A DNA stretch of 64,000 nt from a virus: positions 32,001-96,000 of the IMG/VR virus record IMGVR_UViG_3300036774_000066; one strand, written 5' to 3'. The notes under the pieces are model-generated. The model saw only the letters and a program-made list of their open reading frames with translations. It was not told the DNA's origin and ran no database searches. Positions 27,106 to 37,315 of the stretch are shown here, in pieces. The stretch's first letter is position 1, and every line of letters starts with the position of its first letter. A program made the position numbers and the translations under genes.

Positions 27106-28065
27106 CTATGATAACCTGTTGCGACCCCAGGCATACGCTCCCTTTTCACAATTCTCCCGAACTGCAAAAAGAGTAGACGCTTGACACAAGAAGGTAAACA
27201 GATTGATCCAATTCCAAACCGTTTCCAACTGAGGTATGCCAACGTGTGCAAGGCTTTTCTCATTGGACTTCACCGCAACAGCCTCCACCCGCGCATCCCG
27301 AATAACACGGCGAGGGATAAACTTCTGCTCCTCTGCCTTATCACAAACAGCTTCCACCGTCTCGTCAACATGGTGAGAATCAGCATCCTCGACAAACTGC
27401 TTCATTCCAGCACCGTAAACATCACAATCCTTTGCACGAGCCTGTAAAACATCAGCAATAAACGTAGGAGTTGCATTCTTTGTGTCAATCTTGTAAGTCT
27501 GGCAATGTGTCGCGTTAATCAAGCCATTCTTACAAATAATACGGTATGTCATGAAATCAGAGCTAATCTTACCATAGTTGATATTCGATACTCGAATACG
27601 CTGACCCACAAACATATCTTCCCCATTCGGGTTAATCTCCATCGTCTTTGTCACAATACGAAGCGAATCATCCGTAATCGGACTGCCATAGACTTCCCAA
27701 ATCTTATCCTGAAAAGGCTTCACCAAATCATTGTATCTCAAGTACGGTTCCTGAATCGGCTGCATGAAAATAATCTGGTTCTGATCGTTAGGATTTCTGC
27801 CTACCCGAAACTTCGCATACGACCGACGTACAAACTGCTCCTGTACAAGCTGATTGAAAACAGGAAGCGTCAACTCCTTCATCAGGCTTTTGGGAATCCC
27901 CGACCAACGACCAAGATTCTTTGCCGCCCTGTCAGAAAGAACCCCAACCCCTTCGACAGCCATCAACCCTTCCGACTTGGTAAAGGACTTATTTGCAAAA
28001 TCCACTTCTGTCACACTGTCATCAATCTTCTCAATCGTGTCTGCAAACTCCTGACTGTAACCCAT
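27106..28065 (-). CDS. DUF932-like protein
   Basis: RVSN...YRIICKNGLI motif resembling the DUF932 RxxCxNG. Confidence 0.5.
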   Translation of the reverse strand: MGYSQEFADTIEKIDDSVTEVDFANKSFTKSEGLMAVEGVGVLSDRAAKNLGRWSGIPKSLMKELTLPVFNQLVQEQFVRRSYAKFRVGRNPNDQNQIIFMQPIQEPYLRYNDLVKPFQDKIWEVYGSPITDDSLRIVTKTMEINPNGEDMFVGQRIRVSNINYGKISSDFMTYRIICKNGLINATHCQTYKIDTKNATPTFIADVLQARAKDCDVYGAGMKQFVEDADSHHVDETVEAVCDKAEEQKFIPRRVIRDARVEAVAVKSNEKSLAHVGIPQLETVWNWINLFTFLCQASTLFAVRENCEKGAYAWGRNRLS

Positions 28066-28081
28066 AAGTCACTCCCTTATG

Positions 28082-28699
28082 TTAAGGTGTAATACCAGAA
28101 ATTCCAAGCCTTTCCTTCTCTTTGCATGTTCTACACTTCCCACACTCCTTAAAAAATCCAAACTCTGTTTTTATAGGTGTACGACAAGACCACGCCATAT
28201 CAATCAGACTTTTTGGCAAGATACTGACATAATCCCTTTTTGTCAAGGAAACTACCGGATAAATTCTCTGTACATCTGTATACAATTCCCAAAGTTTATC
28301 TGTCCTTTCTTTACATCTGACATAATACTCCGCTGTATTCCCATCATCATCCTTATTCTTTCCCGTAGCAACCATCTTTATCTGAGGGTAAAACAGGCAG
28401 ATATTCGCAGCTATAAACAGATACACGTCCTTGTCCCAAAACAAACTCTTTCCTATGTCAAAGGTACTTTCCGATGTGTAAAATTCACGAGGAACGTACC
28501 TTCGGAAATATTCATAGATATTTGCTGTTGCTATCCTCTCTGCTTCATTTCTATTCTCTCTGTTGATGAAGTTAATCCTATGAGAATGAATCACAAAATC
28601 ACTATACTGTGCATCGGTCAACAAATAGTAAAGAGCAGCAACAGAGTCTAACCCTCCCGAAAACATCAACAAAATCGTGGGCTTATCAACAAACTTCAT
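28082..28699 (-). CDS. second QueC-like PP-loop ATPase
   Basis: LMFSGGLDS PP-loop; AWSCR...CGKCRTC Zn site. Confidence 0.75.
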   Translation of the reverse strand: MKFVDKPTILLMFSGGLDSVAALYYLLTDAQYSDFVIHSHRINFINRENRNEAERIATANIYEYFRRYVPREFYTSESTFDIGKSLFWDKDVYLFIAANICLFYPQIKMVATGKNKDDDGNTAEYYVRCKERTDKLWELYTDVQRIYPVVSLTKRDYVSILPKSLIDMAWSCRTPIKTEFGFFKECGKCRTCKEKERLGISGITP

Positions 28700-29067
28700 T
28701 ACTTTTCTTCTTTTTGAGTATAGTCACATAGCGGGTAAGTAGTACATCCCCAAAAAGTCTCCTTTGACAACCTGTTTGTCCTCTGTGTCAAAAATCCCTT
28801 TTTGCATTTCGGACATGGAAAGGCAGTAGAACCTTTTAACCTCAACGCCTCTAAGTTAGTATACTCTACTCTGTTCCGTGCTCCAATTTCACGATACTTC
28901 TCATACTTTCCAGCGGCAATAACCTTCCTTGCCTGAAGAACAGAGGTACACACACCAAGGGCAACCAACTCCTTCTCTCTTTCCCGATCTTCCGTTCTCT
29001 CCCTCTCCCTTTGCTCCTCCTCCATCTCATTTTCCTTCTCTTCCCTTGACATCTGTTTCATTATCAC
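28699..29067 (-). CDS. protein with topoisomerase-type C4 zinc finger
   Basis: CPKCKKGFLTQR...FWGCTTYPLCDYT. Confidence 0.7.
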   Translation of the reverse strand: MIMKQMSREEKENEMEEEQRERERTEDREREKELVALGVCTSVLQARKVIAAGKYEKYREIGARNRVEYTNLEALRLKGSTAFPCPKCKKGFLTQRTNRLSKETFWGCTTYPLCDYTQKEEK

Positions 29068-29254
29068 GCTCTCCGGCAGGAAAAAATAGCGTATTCATTT
29101 CAGCTATAACACCCGCAGACGTAGTAATCTCACCAGACTCAATCTTGGCAACTACCCTCTCGGTATACTCTTTTGCTGTTTCCCTTGACAAACTATCTTC
29201 CGGCATCTCATCAAAAGCATACTTCACAGCATCAATCAAGGTCTTCTTATCCAT
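29027..29254 (-). CDS. hypothetical protein
   Basis: ORF with AGGAG RBS. Confidence 0.5.
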   Translation of the reverse strand: MDKKTLIDAVKYAFDEMPEDSLSRETAKEYTERVVAKIESGEITTSAGVIAEMNTLFFPAGERDNETDVKGREGK

Positions 29255-29269
29255 CCCATTCTCCTTACA

Positions 29270-30115
29270 TTAAAAATCCAAAACCTCATCCGTAGTTTCA
29301 TCAACTACCCTATCAATACGCCTGTCTTCACTCACAACAATAGGCTTTTCTTTCACCTTCCCTCCCCACTTTATCTTACCTCTAATAACGGAAAATGACT
29401 TAGGTAATACTACTGGAAATTTACTTGTGCCAAAATCAAGTATGTCTGCTTTAACAAATACTCTTCGGTATTCCTCATGAGTAACACCCAATAACTTCAT
29501 TGCAGCACAAAAGGATACCACATCGGCACGCTGAAAAAGAGGAGCAATAACCCCATTCAAACGAATGTACTTTTTTCTTCGGTCACTCTCTCCGCACCAC
29601 ACCCCATAATCATAATTTGTAACCCTCTCTGCTATCTTTACCACAGTTTCTACATCCAACACCACTGCACCCTGAATAGACCTACAAATACCCTTCACCA
29701 TTTTCGGGATATTATCAAAACTGTTAGACAATCCCTTTACGTCATACGAGTATAAAATGTAAAATACCCTTGGTGACGTAAAAGGAAACTCATTCTTAAC
29801 CAGCCTTGAGTAAAACTGTATCTGAGTCAAATCTAACAAAGGAGCAGACTTATTTGATCCTTTACTTTCCCAAAGAACATCACTCTTGTTTTTTCTCTTT
29901 CTGCCCCAATCAATAACGTCAGGGTAACTCTCCCAATGCTCCGGCGCATTCTTTACTAATTCTCCCCCTGTAATAAGCGAAGTCACATACTCAAAAGTCT
30001 GCCCCACTATCGTCATTACCGCACCACGGCTGATAAAACGATGAATATGTACTTCATCCTCGTCAAACAACTTAGTCTGTAGAAAATCAGACATCCAAGA
30101 AGGATAGCCCATCAC
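29270..30115 (-). CDS. hypothetical protein
   Basis: 281-aa ORF in replication cluster. Confidence 0.6.
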   Translation of the reverse strand: MMGYPSWMSDFLQTKLFDEDEVHIHRFISRGAVMTIVGQTFEYVTSLITGGELVKNAPEHWESYPDVIDWGRKRKNKSDVLWESKGSNKSAPLLDLTQIQFYSRLVKNEFPFTSPRVFYILYSYDVKGLSNSFDNIPKMVKGICRSIQGAVVLDVETVVKIAERVTNYDYGVWCGESDRRKKYIRLNGVIAPLFQRADVVSFCAAMKLLGVTHEEYRRVFVKADILDFGTSKFPVVLPKSFSVIRGKIKWGGKVKEKPIVVSEDRRIDRVVDETTDEVLDF

Positions 30116-30285
30116 TTTTCCCTACTATACAAACCAAACTCTACCTCAGATATTAACCGATAAGAAATTCCTGCTTTTGTCATAACAGGAACAAGAACAG
30201 GATTAACTGGAAAACGACATACTTTACACCTACCGTTTAATTCAATCTGAGAAGACTTACACAAAGGACAGGTATCATCGTGCAT
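30112..30285 (-). CDS. small Zn-ribbon protein (57 aa, below ORF-track cutoff)
   Basis: manual translation MHDDTCPLCKSSQIELNGRCKVCRFP...; fills gap and overlaps both neighbours. Confidence 0.45.
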   Translation of the reverse strand: MHDDTCPLCKSSQIELNGRCKVCRFPVNPVLVPVMTKAGISYRLISEVEFGLYSREK

Positions 30286-30982
30286 ACAACTTGATCTCCT
30301 CTATCAGTTGATCTCTCACCATACAGGTATCAGAATCGACCCCGTTTCTTGACACATGCTCAATCCAATCACCAGGGTCTTTATACGGCTGGCCCATACT
30401 GGTAACATGACAAGTAACATCATACCTTTTCAAGTTTTTAGTAGAAACTTCTGCTCCCTTACTTCCTGCCTCATCGTTATCCTTGAAGTAAACCACCTTA
30501 TTTGTAAACAAGGAAATCAGTTGCGCCTGATAGTCATTTATATGATTCGTCAAACAGGCGTAAGAAAAAGGCCAAACACATGACAAAGACTCTGCATCCA
30601 AAACTCCCTCAGAAAAAACCATAATCGTCCCATAAACAAACATCTCCCCCTTCATGGGACTCAGCATTGATCTAAGGGAACTGTATAGGTAAACCGAAGA
30701 ATAGGACAGCAGCATGAAATTCTTATCTGCCAACGACCGAAAAGCATACCCAAAAACCACCTGTCCAAAAGTCAACGGATACATCACGCAAGGACCAACA
30801 GACCGTATGAAATTTGCAATGTAAGAATCATCGTATTTAACATCAAAAGGAGTGACTACCTTCAGGTGATTCAAGTTAAAGGCTCGCGCCACAACTGCCC
30901 ACTTTGCATCAGCATTAAACTGAGACAGTAGCGGCAACCTGTCATAAGCCTCCTCAAAACGCTTTACAATCTCAAAACTCAT
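30275..30982 (-). CDS. DnaG-type TOPRIM primase
   Basis: VFSEGVLDA, YFKDNDEAG (DxD), YKDPGD. Confidence 0.75.
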   Translation of the reverse strand: MSFEIVKRFEEAYDRLPLLSQFNADAKWAVVARAFNLNHLKVVTPFDVKYDDSYIANFIRSVGPCVMYPLTFGQVVFGYAFRSLADKNFMLLSYSSVYLYSSLRSMLSPMKGEMFVYGTIMVFSEGVLDAESLSCVWPFSYACLTNHINDYQAQLISLFTNKVVYFKDNDEAGSKGAEVSTKNLKRYDVTCHVTSMGQPYKDPGDWIEHVSRNGVDSDTCMVRDQLIEEIKLYAR

Positions 30983-30985
30983 AGG

Positions 30986-31375
30986 CTATTTTGCCATAAT
31001 TGAATCAATAGAGCGAATGAACTTGTCAAGATAGCTTCCAAACTCCCCATACAATTCCATCTCTCGCAAATCAGAAAGAAAAACCCAAGAAAATCCTTTC
31101 GTTTCCATGTTAGGAATAACATTCATCAACTGCTTATCTGGAAAATAGGGAAATATCTTTACACTATGAAACACCCTCGGAGTACCAATCCGTATCCCTA
31201 CCAAGGGTATACCCGTTTCTTCAAAAAATTCTCTCTTTGCACAAGACAAATCATCTTCATTTCCCTGTTTCCCTCCACCAAACAACCCAAAAGACCCGTC
31301 CTTCCTCTCTTGCACCATTATCTTCCCATTGTAAATAGGCACAACAAAGCAACCCTTAATCTTTTCCATTGTCAA
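30986..31375 (-). CDS. NUDIX hydrolase
   Basis: GGGKQGNEDDLSCAKREFFEETGI Nudix box. Confidence 0.85.
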   Translation of the reverse strand: MTMEKIKGCFVVPIYNGKIMVQERKDGSFGLFGGGKQGNEDDLSCAKREFFEETGIPLVGIRIGTPRVFHSVKIFPYFPDKQLMNVIPNMETKGFSWVFLSDLREMELYGEFGSYLDKFIRSIDSIMAK

Positions 31376-31598
31376 CCTCTTTCTTTTGAGACTTTTTTCT
31401 CAGACTTTGACCCTCAAGGCAGATACAAAAGTTCTTCTTGCCCCAAGGTTTATCGGAGGTATCTAATATTCCACTTCCCCCACAAAGAGTACAACTATCA
31501 ATACCACCATGAGAATAGTACAAATCCCAATACACCCATACAGTAAAGGCATCCCCTCCACTCTTCCTAAACTGCTCTCGTACATCAGAAATAATCAT
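31356..31598 (-). CDS. hypothetical protein with CxxCxGxG
   Basis: CTLCGGSG...CIC. Confidence 0.45.
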   Translation of the reverse strand: MIISDVREQFRKSGGDAFTVWVYWDLYYSHGGIDSCTLCGGSGILDTSDKPWGKKNFCICLEGQSLRKKSQKKEVDNGKD

Positions 31599-31602
31599 AT
31601 CT

Positions 31603-31794
31603 TTAAGACTTACTTAACTTGTCAACTTCCACCCATTTTCTATCACCACCAAAAAGTTCTACAATAACGACACTCCCTCTCTCATTGTCAGAAATACCTG
31701 AATTTTCTATCCCTGCAACATGCCCTGTGTAAAGTGTTCCCATTCCATCCCGAAACTCAACAAGAAGACCTACCTTTACTTCTTCTTTTTTCAT
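31603..31794 (-). CDS. hypothetical protein
   Basis: ORF overlapping upstream stop. Confidence 0.5.
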   Translation of the reverse strand: MKKEEVKVGLLVEFRDGMGTLYTGHVAGIENSGISDNERGSVVIVELFGGDRKWVEVDKLSKS

Positions 31795-34586
31795 AATCTC
31801 CCCAATTTCTTGACAATTGCTTTACGGGTGCATAACTCACAAAACCGTGAATCATTCTGCTCATAAACATCAAAGTAGGTATGATTATTACACCCGGCTA
31901 CAGCACAAACTCCCAAACCTTCCCTGAAATACTTAATACGCTGACAAGAAAACTTCGTATAGACATCGAGAAACTTAATCCCGGTCATCGAAGATAGAAA
32001 AACAAAGGGATTCAACTTATTAGGCAAAGAAACCACCAACTCCCCGGTTGTATAACTAAGAAAAATCTCAGGTATTTCTGGCATCAAAACAGGGCTACCC
32101 ACTATCAAGTGAAAATCTGCAAACTTTACGTTCTTAGGATATACAATCCTTCGGTCAAAGTTTCTTGCACTTTCTCTAATAGAAATAACATCAACAGCAT
32201 CAGAAGGCTTAATAACAAGCATCTGCCAATCCTCATACTTTACTCCACGATAACCAACATCCACATACTTCAAGTCTACCATACCTAACGTCTTTACTTC
32301 AGGTGCTACTCTTGTATATGCTGCCTTCACTTCGTCAAGACTTGAGTATTCATTTCTAAGTAACACTTCTACAAGAAAAACTCCCCAAGAGTAATCTGGA
32401 ATATTACCCTTTTTTATCCCGATGAAATAAGAACACCTTCCTATTTCCCGCGTGCTCAAGACATAGTTATCCGGCAATTCCCTCATTATTCTTGACCAAA
32501 GGTATCTGAAATTAGACGCAACATTCAAGTATGAATACTCCGGCTCTCTCCATAACTTCACCAGCAGTTTATTTTGCGCTTGTCCCATCTCATTGAATGA
32601 CAAAACATCATCAACAGTTGTAGAAACATCAAACTCCCTCTCTACCCGAGCCAATCTTTTCTCTGCTGTATCACAATACCCACAAGCTACACACTCTCCT
32701 TTAAGCTGTGCAGGAGTTGACAAACAATGATTGATCTGCTGAAACTGTCGGATACTTCTATTAACCCGTACAAGATACTCTTTGTTCCAATCAATAATAT
32801 CATCGGGAAAGATAAAATCATAAGGCTTTTCATCAAAAACATCCTGTAAATCAATCCCCGCTCTATCAAGTTTCTCAATCAAAACCTTTACCCCGGCACC
32901 GTCACAGTCCTTCTTGTACACCACCAAACTATGATTGATTGACATATCCACAAGGAAAGGGGTAAAGACCCTTCCTAAGTCAATCATCAACTGACTCACA
33001 AAATTAGTCCACGCCCTCGAAGAAAACCTTACCTGCATTCCCATTTCATCAACAAACATCCGCAGCATACCCTCAAACGCTCTCTCCTCTCTCAAAAACA
33101 TCAAGTAAGTATTCCTCTTCTCCCACGCCATCGGAGTATTCGTACAGTAAATCAGGTGAGTAAAAGAAACCTCAAACTTAATACCAGCAGTACGCAAACT
33201 CAAAGCATAATCCCGCATCTCTTGAATAAAAGATACAAACTCCTTTTTGTCTTCCTCTGTCTCTCTACCCGTATAAATGCAGTACAACTTCACACTTTGA
33301 AAATGATGGTCAATACATCTGCGAATAGCTACCTTAAATTCTTCAGTCGAAATATTCTTATTAAGGTAATGCCTCATTCTCTCTGATATACCCTCAAAAC
33401 CATAGGAGATACTTCTCATTCCCAACTTATTAGCAAGTGTAAAGTAATCAGAACGTGCTGCTATTATATCTGCCCTCATAGTCATAAACAGCACACGAGG
33501 ATAAATCTCAAGACCCAATTTCACAAGGTCAAGATACCGAGAATAGTAATTGTTATTGAAACTCAACCAGCCTATCGAATTACACATACCAAACTTACGG
33601 GAACTAATCAAGTCACTCCGAATACGCTCCAATGACTTTTCTCTCCATCCCCCAGAGATATTTCCCTCATGACAAAAGCTACAAGACCCTCCTGAACTGC
33701 ATCCCCAAGAGATAATCACGTCCATTCCATCATCAGCAGGTTCAATTGACGAATATATAATTTTTCTAACGTCTTTCGGACTTGAATCAAAAGACTCTTC
33801 TCTATGATACTTGACTTTATCAGGGGCATCATCAATTACCTTGTTTACTTTGCTAATTCTCCACCTGTCTTTGTACTCGTACTGATACGCAAGAGGATGC
33901 ACAAAGTTTTCAAATCGGAAAAACTTTCGCAGTCTCTCCTCTTTACTTGTGTAAGGCTCTAACAAAGTGTCAATTATCTTAGGAATTACACCCTCACCAT
34001 ACCCAATAAAAGCACCGTCAATCAATGCTGTTTCTTTCCCGTCCTCTGAACTTCCTAAAAATACGTCTACAAAATCAGCAGAGTTTCCACCAACAAAGAA
34101 AAAAGGAATCCGATCTTCCTTCATGCGCTGAGTGTGCCAAATAGGAATAGCCGAATGATGAAGCAACCACGGAAGATTCATCTTTTCAGGAAGAACTGAA
34201 TTAGAAATCAAAACTACATCGAAGTCGAGCACACTCCGATGAGAAGCCACACCATGCCACACAGGAAGTTTATGCTTTTCGTAAAGAGAGAAATTCTGCT
34301 TCTCCGGCATGAATGCTATATCAACATAAACCTGATCCCCCAGGTTTTGCTTTATCAAGCTAATCAAGATACCATCTGCTGACCCTTTACACTTGGACAA
34401 ACCCTTCATCATAAAAGCAAGTAACACTCGTATCCTTGCCTTATCGAAATTATCTGGATTGTCAAGGTTAGAATCATAAACAGAGATAATCCCAGGGTCA
34501 ACGAAAGTCTTAATGTTCTCCTCTAAAACTTTCTGTATATGCTCAGATGTATTTATTATTTCTCTGTCTGCTGACATTCTTGCCAT
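31791..34586 (-). CDS. large radical SAM protein (TIGR03960-like, B12-binding-type N-terminus)
   Basis: SVLDFDVVLIS, VGGN, GAFIGYGE, GCSSGGSCSFCHEG cluster motif, GFEGISERMR..LNK, TNTPMAW, CVACGYC. Confidence 0.75.
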   Translation of the reverse strand: MARMSADREIINTSEHIQKVLEENIKTFVDPGIISVYDSNLDNPDNFDKARIRVLLAFMMKGLSKCKGSADGILISLIKQNLGDQVYVDIAFMPEKQNFSLYEKHKLPVWHGVASHRSVLDFDVVLISNSVLPEKMNLPWLLHHSAIPIWHTQRMKEDRIPFFFVGGNSADFVDVFLGSSEDGKETALIDGAFIGYGEGVIPKIIDTLLEPYTSKEERLRKFFRFENFVHPLAYQYEYKDRWRISKVNKVIDDAPDKVKYHREESFDSSPKDVRKIIYSSIEPADDGMDVIISWGCSSGGSCSFCHEGNISGGWREKSLERIRSDLISSRKFGMCNSIGWLSFNNNYYSRYLDLVKLGLEIYPRVLFMTMRADIIAARSDYFTLANKLGMRSISYGFEGISERMRHYLNKNISTEEFKVAIRRCIDHHFQSVKLYCIYTGRETEEDKKEFVSFIQEMRDYALSLRTAGIKFEVSFTHLIYCTNTPMAWEKRNTYLMFLREERAFEGMLRMFVDEMGMQVRFSSRAWTNFVSQLMIDLGRVFTPFLVDMSINHSLVVYKKDCDGAGVKVLIEKLDRAGIDLQDVFDEKPYDFIFPDDIIDWNKEYLVRVNRSIRQFQQINHCLSTPAQLKGECVACGYCDTAEKRLARVEREFDVSTTVDDVLSFNEMGQAQNKLLVKLWREPEYSYLNVASNFRYLWSRIMRELPDNYVLSTREIGRCSYFIGIKKGNIPDYSWGVFLVEVLLRNEYSSLDEVKAAYTRVAPEVKTLGMVDLKYVDVGYRGVKYEDWQMLVIKPSDAVDVISIRESARNFDRRIVYPKNVKFADFHLIVGSPVLMPEIPEIFLSYTTGELVVSLPNKLNPFVFLSSMTGIKFLDVYTKFSCQRIKYFREGLGVCAVAGCNNHTYFDVYEQNDSRFCELCTRKAIVKKLGRL

Positions 34587-34588
34587 AG

Positions 34589-34894
34589 CTACATATCCTC
34601 ACTCAATACTTTTTCAATGCCCAAAAGAATCTCTCCCCGCTGACCCTTATCCTCCGTTGACAAATACCCGCGAACTAACTTGACAATCCCCTCATAACCA
34701 TTGGACACTGCCTGCAAGTCAACGTCTTTCAACACACCCTTAGTTTCCAAAATAGACTTTAGGTATGCTATTCCATGAAGGTCTTTTGCTTCATCAGGTA
34801 ATAGAATACCTTTCTTTACAAGTAAGTGAACAAGAGACAGAAATGCAATATTGTCACTCATAGTTCTCCAAAAAGAAAGCGGGTTTAAGAACAA
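34589..34894 (-). CDS. hypothetical protein
   Basis: ORF (likely start MSDN). Confidence 0.5.
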   Translation of the reverse strand: MFLNPLSFWRTMSDNIAFLSLVHLLVKKGILLPDEAKDLHGIAYLKSILETKGVLKDVDLQAVSNGYEGIVKLVRGYLSTEDKGQRGEILLGIEKVLSEDM

Positions 34895-34930
34895 CCCGCC
34901 TCACTGCTCACAATGACATAAATCAACCTA

Positions 34931-35089
34931 CTAACTTTCCAACCTTACCCTACGCTTACCTCTCTCCCTATGGCTCAAACTTTTCCAAAAGTCCTTCTTC
35001 CACTTCCTAACTGCACGAGAAGTAAGATGAGAAACCTTTGGATTCTCAGGTACAAGAGTCACAAGATGCTTAACTACCAAACTTCGCAT
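34931..35089 (-). CDS. small basic protein (52 aa)
   Basis: manual translation MRSLVVKHLV...RRVRLES; GAGG RBS. Confidence 0.35.
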   Translation of the reverse strand: MRSLVVKHLVTLVPENPKVSHLTSRAVRKWKKDFWKSLSHRERGKRRVRLES

Positions 35090-35098
35090 AACAATACC

Positions 35099-36295
35099 TC
35101 AATTCTTTTTAGTAATGATAACACATTCCTTGTTACCAGCAGAAAACACTACCTTATCGTTGATAAAGGACACACTCACAAAGGCATCCCCCTTGAAAAC
35201 CCTTATGATAACTGCAAGGGTTTTCAAGGACACACCAAAAATTGCCTCCGAAGTAATGCCTTCCACTTTCTCCGAAATTGTAAAGTTAGAAACATCCCCT
35301 CTTCTATTTCTGAATACTCCCTTCAACGAATCTTTCCCAAAAACCAAGTCAACTACACCAGACGATTCAGGTATCCCGCTCAATGTGTTGACCTGTGAAG
35401 TAAGAAACGGCATATTGACAAAGTAACTTCCTGAACCCTTTACAAACGCAGTTTTATACTGTCCCACAAACTGCACATTCGTTTTAGGAAAGACATAGCT
35501 AAACTTATCTGATGTTAGAAAATACTTCTGGTCATAAGCAAAAATTTCCAAGTCAGCATTTCCTATTACAGCCAAGATTGACTGTATGAGAGTTATGTCA
35601 CTCCTTCGGATAATCACCGGAAAATACTCTTGCTTTATCCTTCCTACAACAGTACCATTACATGCGTAAATACCATCAGGTTCAACAAATATATAGTCAA
35701 AGTCTGAAATTTCCACAAAAGAAAGAATTGGGCTAATACTTTGGATAGAAGACAAAAGATCAGGGGTCTTTATTACTCCCTGTGAAGTAGGACTTCCGCT
35801 TACCATCCTTGACGTATAGATATTAGCATCCAGATTGAAAGTAGGTATGTAAATCTCCCCACCAAAAAAGTCCACAAAAACCTCTGGCTTACGGTGAATA
35901 AGATACACTTTCCCCTTATGCACTCTTGCCACTCTGTAAAACGTCTCAGCGTCTATTATCTTATGATTCGGAAAATGGTTATTCCTGCACGGAACAACAC
36001 ATGACATCAAAGAAACACCTTCACACATCTCGAACTTTGCACTTGTATCACTCATCAAGGTAATTCTCAGTGACCGAGAAATCACCATCTTTGTTACAGA
36101 CTTCTTGCTGATAAAAGGAAGAAGATAGGATAACAAAACTGAAGTGTCAAACTCCAAATAGTCAACACTGTCCGGCAACGTAACAGAACCAACATCCTTG
36201 AAATCATCTGACAAAGCCTCTTTACTAACTTCATCGTCAGATATTTCAACTTTACCTTGTAACTTGTCAAGCAAGTCCAACTTACTCTCAGCCAT
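35099..36295 (-). CDS. DNA polymerase III beta sliding-clamp-like protein
   Basis: ~400 aa, repeated beta/alpha pattern, IYACNG (cf. vATDG), IFGVSLKTL (cf. IGFN..YL); dnaX in the same cluster. Confidence 0.55.
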   Translation of the reverse strand: MAESKLDLLDKLQGKVEISDDEVSKEALSDDFKDVGSVTLPDSVDYLEFDTSVLLSYLLPFISKKSVTKMVISRSLRITLMSDTSAKFEMCEGVSLMSCVVPCRNNHFPNHKIIDAETFYRVARVHKGKVYLIHRKPEVFVDFFGGEIYIPTFNLDANIYTSRMVSGSPTSQGVIKTPDLLSSIQSISPILSFVEISDFDYIFVEPDGIYACNGTVVGRIKQEYFPVIIRRSDITLIQSILAVIGNADLEIFAYDQKYFLTSDKFSYVFPKTNVQFVGQYKTAFVKGSGSYFVNMPFLTSQVNTLSGIPESSGVVDLVFGKDSLKGVFRNRRGDVSNFTISEKVEGITSEAIFGVSLKTLAVIIRVFKGDAFVSVSFINDKVVFSAGNKECVIITKKN

Positions 36296-36307
36296 TCAAG
36301 CCTCCTG

Positions 36308-37315
36308 TTATACCGAAATACCAAAATTCGTGAAGTATTGCTTAATAAATGTAAAAAGAGCAGGGTTATCTTTACACAAACGCAACAAACTCTCCCCAAT
36401 CTCAGAAGATATGTCCTGCTTCGACTTATCCTTCATCACCGCAATAAACTCACTCATCTTCTGAGATACTGCTTCCCGTTCAATCCTCACCAGACTGAAA
36501 ATTTGCTCTGCTGGCGCAACGGGAAGTGCCTCTTGCCTTACTTCGGCCTTCAGCCCTTCCCCAACTACCTTCACTGAAACAATGTCAAAGAACACGTCTC
36601 TGACACGGTTAATCGTATGTTTAGTACCACGAGAAAGAGCACCTGGACGAACAATCAACTTACCGTCAAGGTCAACCACGGGATACGGAACATGATCGTG
36701 ACCCATCAACAGACAATCCCACTTTGACGCTTTCACGTCATCCTGTAAAAAAGACTCTTCTTTTGTGATGGAAGTCAAACTATTTATCACAAAGGCATGA
36801 CCACAAAGCATCTTGTAATCAGCCTCCAAAGCTGGCTCTGGCAACGTGGGATTCAACACGTAATCTTGACCTTGCAGTAAAACCGTCTTACCGCCAACAT
36901 TAAAGGTCAGTGCCCCAAGTCTCCGTAAATGTTCCGATGAAAGTAAAACACCTAACGGACTCTTATTGACAGTCTCAGGATTTGCATGGTAAACATCATG
37001 ATTCCCAAATACCGTATACACCGGAACCTTAAACTCAGCAAAAGTATGAATTACTGTCGTCTTGTAAAGATCGGTCTGCGGCTTCTGGTGGTAAATATCC
37101 CCACCAATCAAAACAAAATCACACCCTGTTGCATCCGCTACCTTTGCCATCTTAGAAATCTTATTGAGAATAGTAACGGGGTAATTATCCTGCCGAGACA
37201 TCGGATTTATGTGATTGACATGAGGATCAGTAAAGAACAAAAAACGAAGTTCTTCCCTACGATCAGGAAAACTCTCCACCACCTTGTCAAGAAATTTCAA
37301 GAGAATATCACTCAT
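36308..37315 (-). CDS. sbcD: SbcD/Mre11-like metallophosphoesterase nuclease
   Basis: TDPH, GGDIYH, GNHD, GHA, GHDH, PGALSR motifs. Confidence 0.85.
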   Translation of the reverse strand: MSDILLKFLDKVVESFPDRREELRFLFFTDPHVNHINPMSRQDNYPVTILNKISKMAKVADATGCDFVLIGGDIYHQKPQTDLYKTTVIHTFAEFKVPVYTVFGNHDVYHANPETVNKSPLGVLLSSEHLRRLGALTFNVGGKTVLLQGQDYVLNPTLPEPALEADYKMLCGHAFVINSLTSITKEESFLQDDVKASKWDCLLMGHDHVPYPVVDLDGKLIVRPGALSRGTKHTINRVRDVFFDIVSVKVVGEGLKAEVRQEALPVAPAEQIFSLVRIEREAVSQKMSEFIAVMKDKSKQDISSEIGESLLRLCKDNPALFTFIKQYFTNFGISV

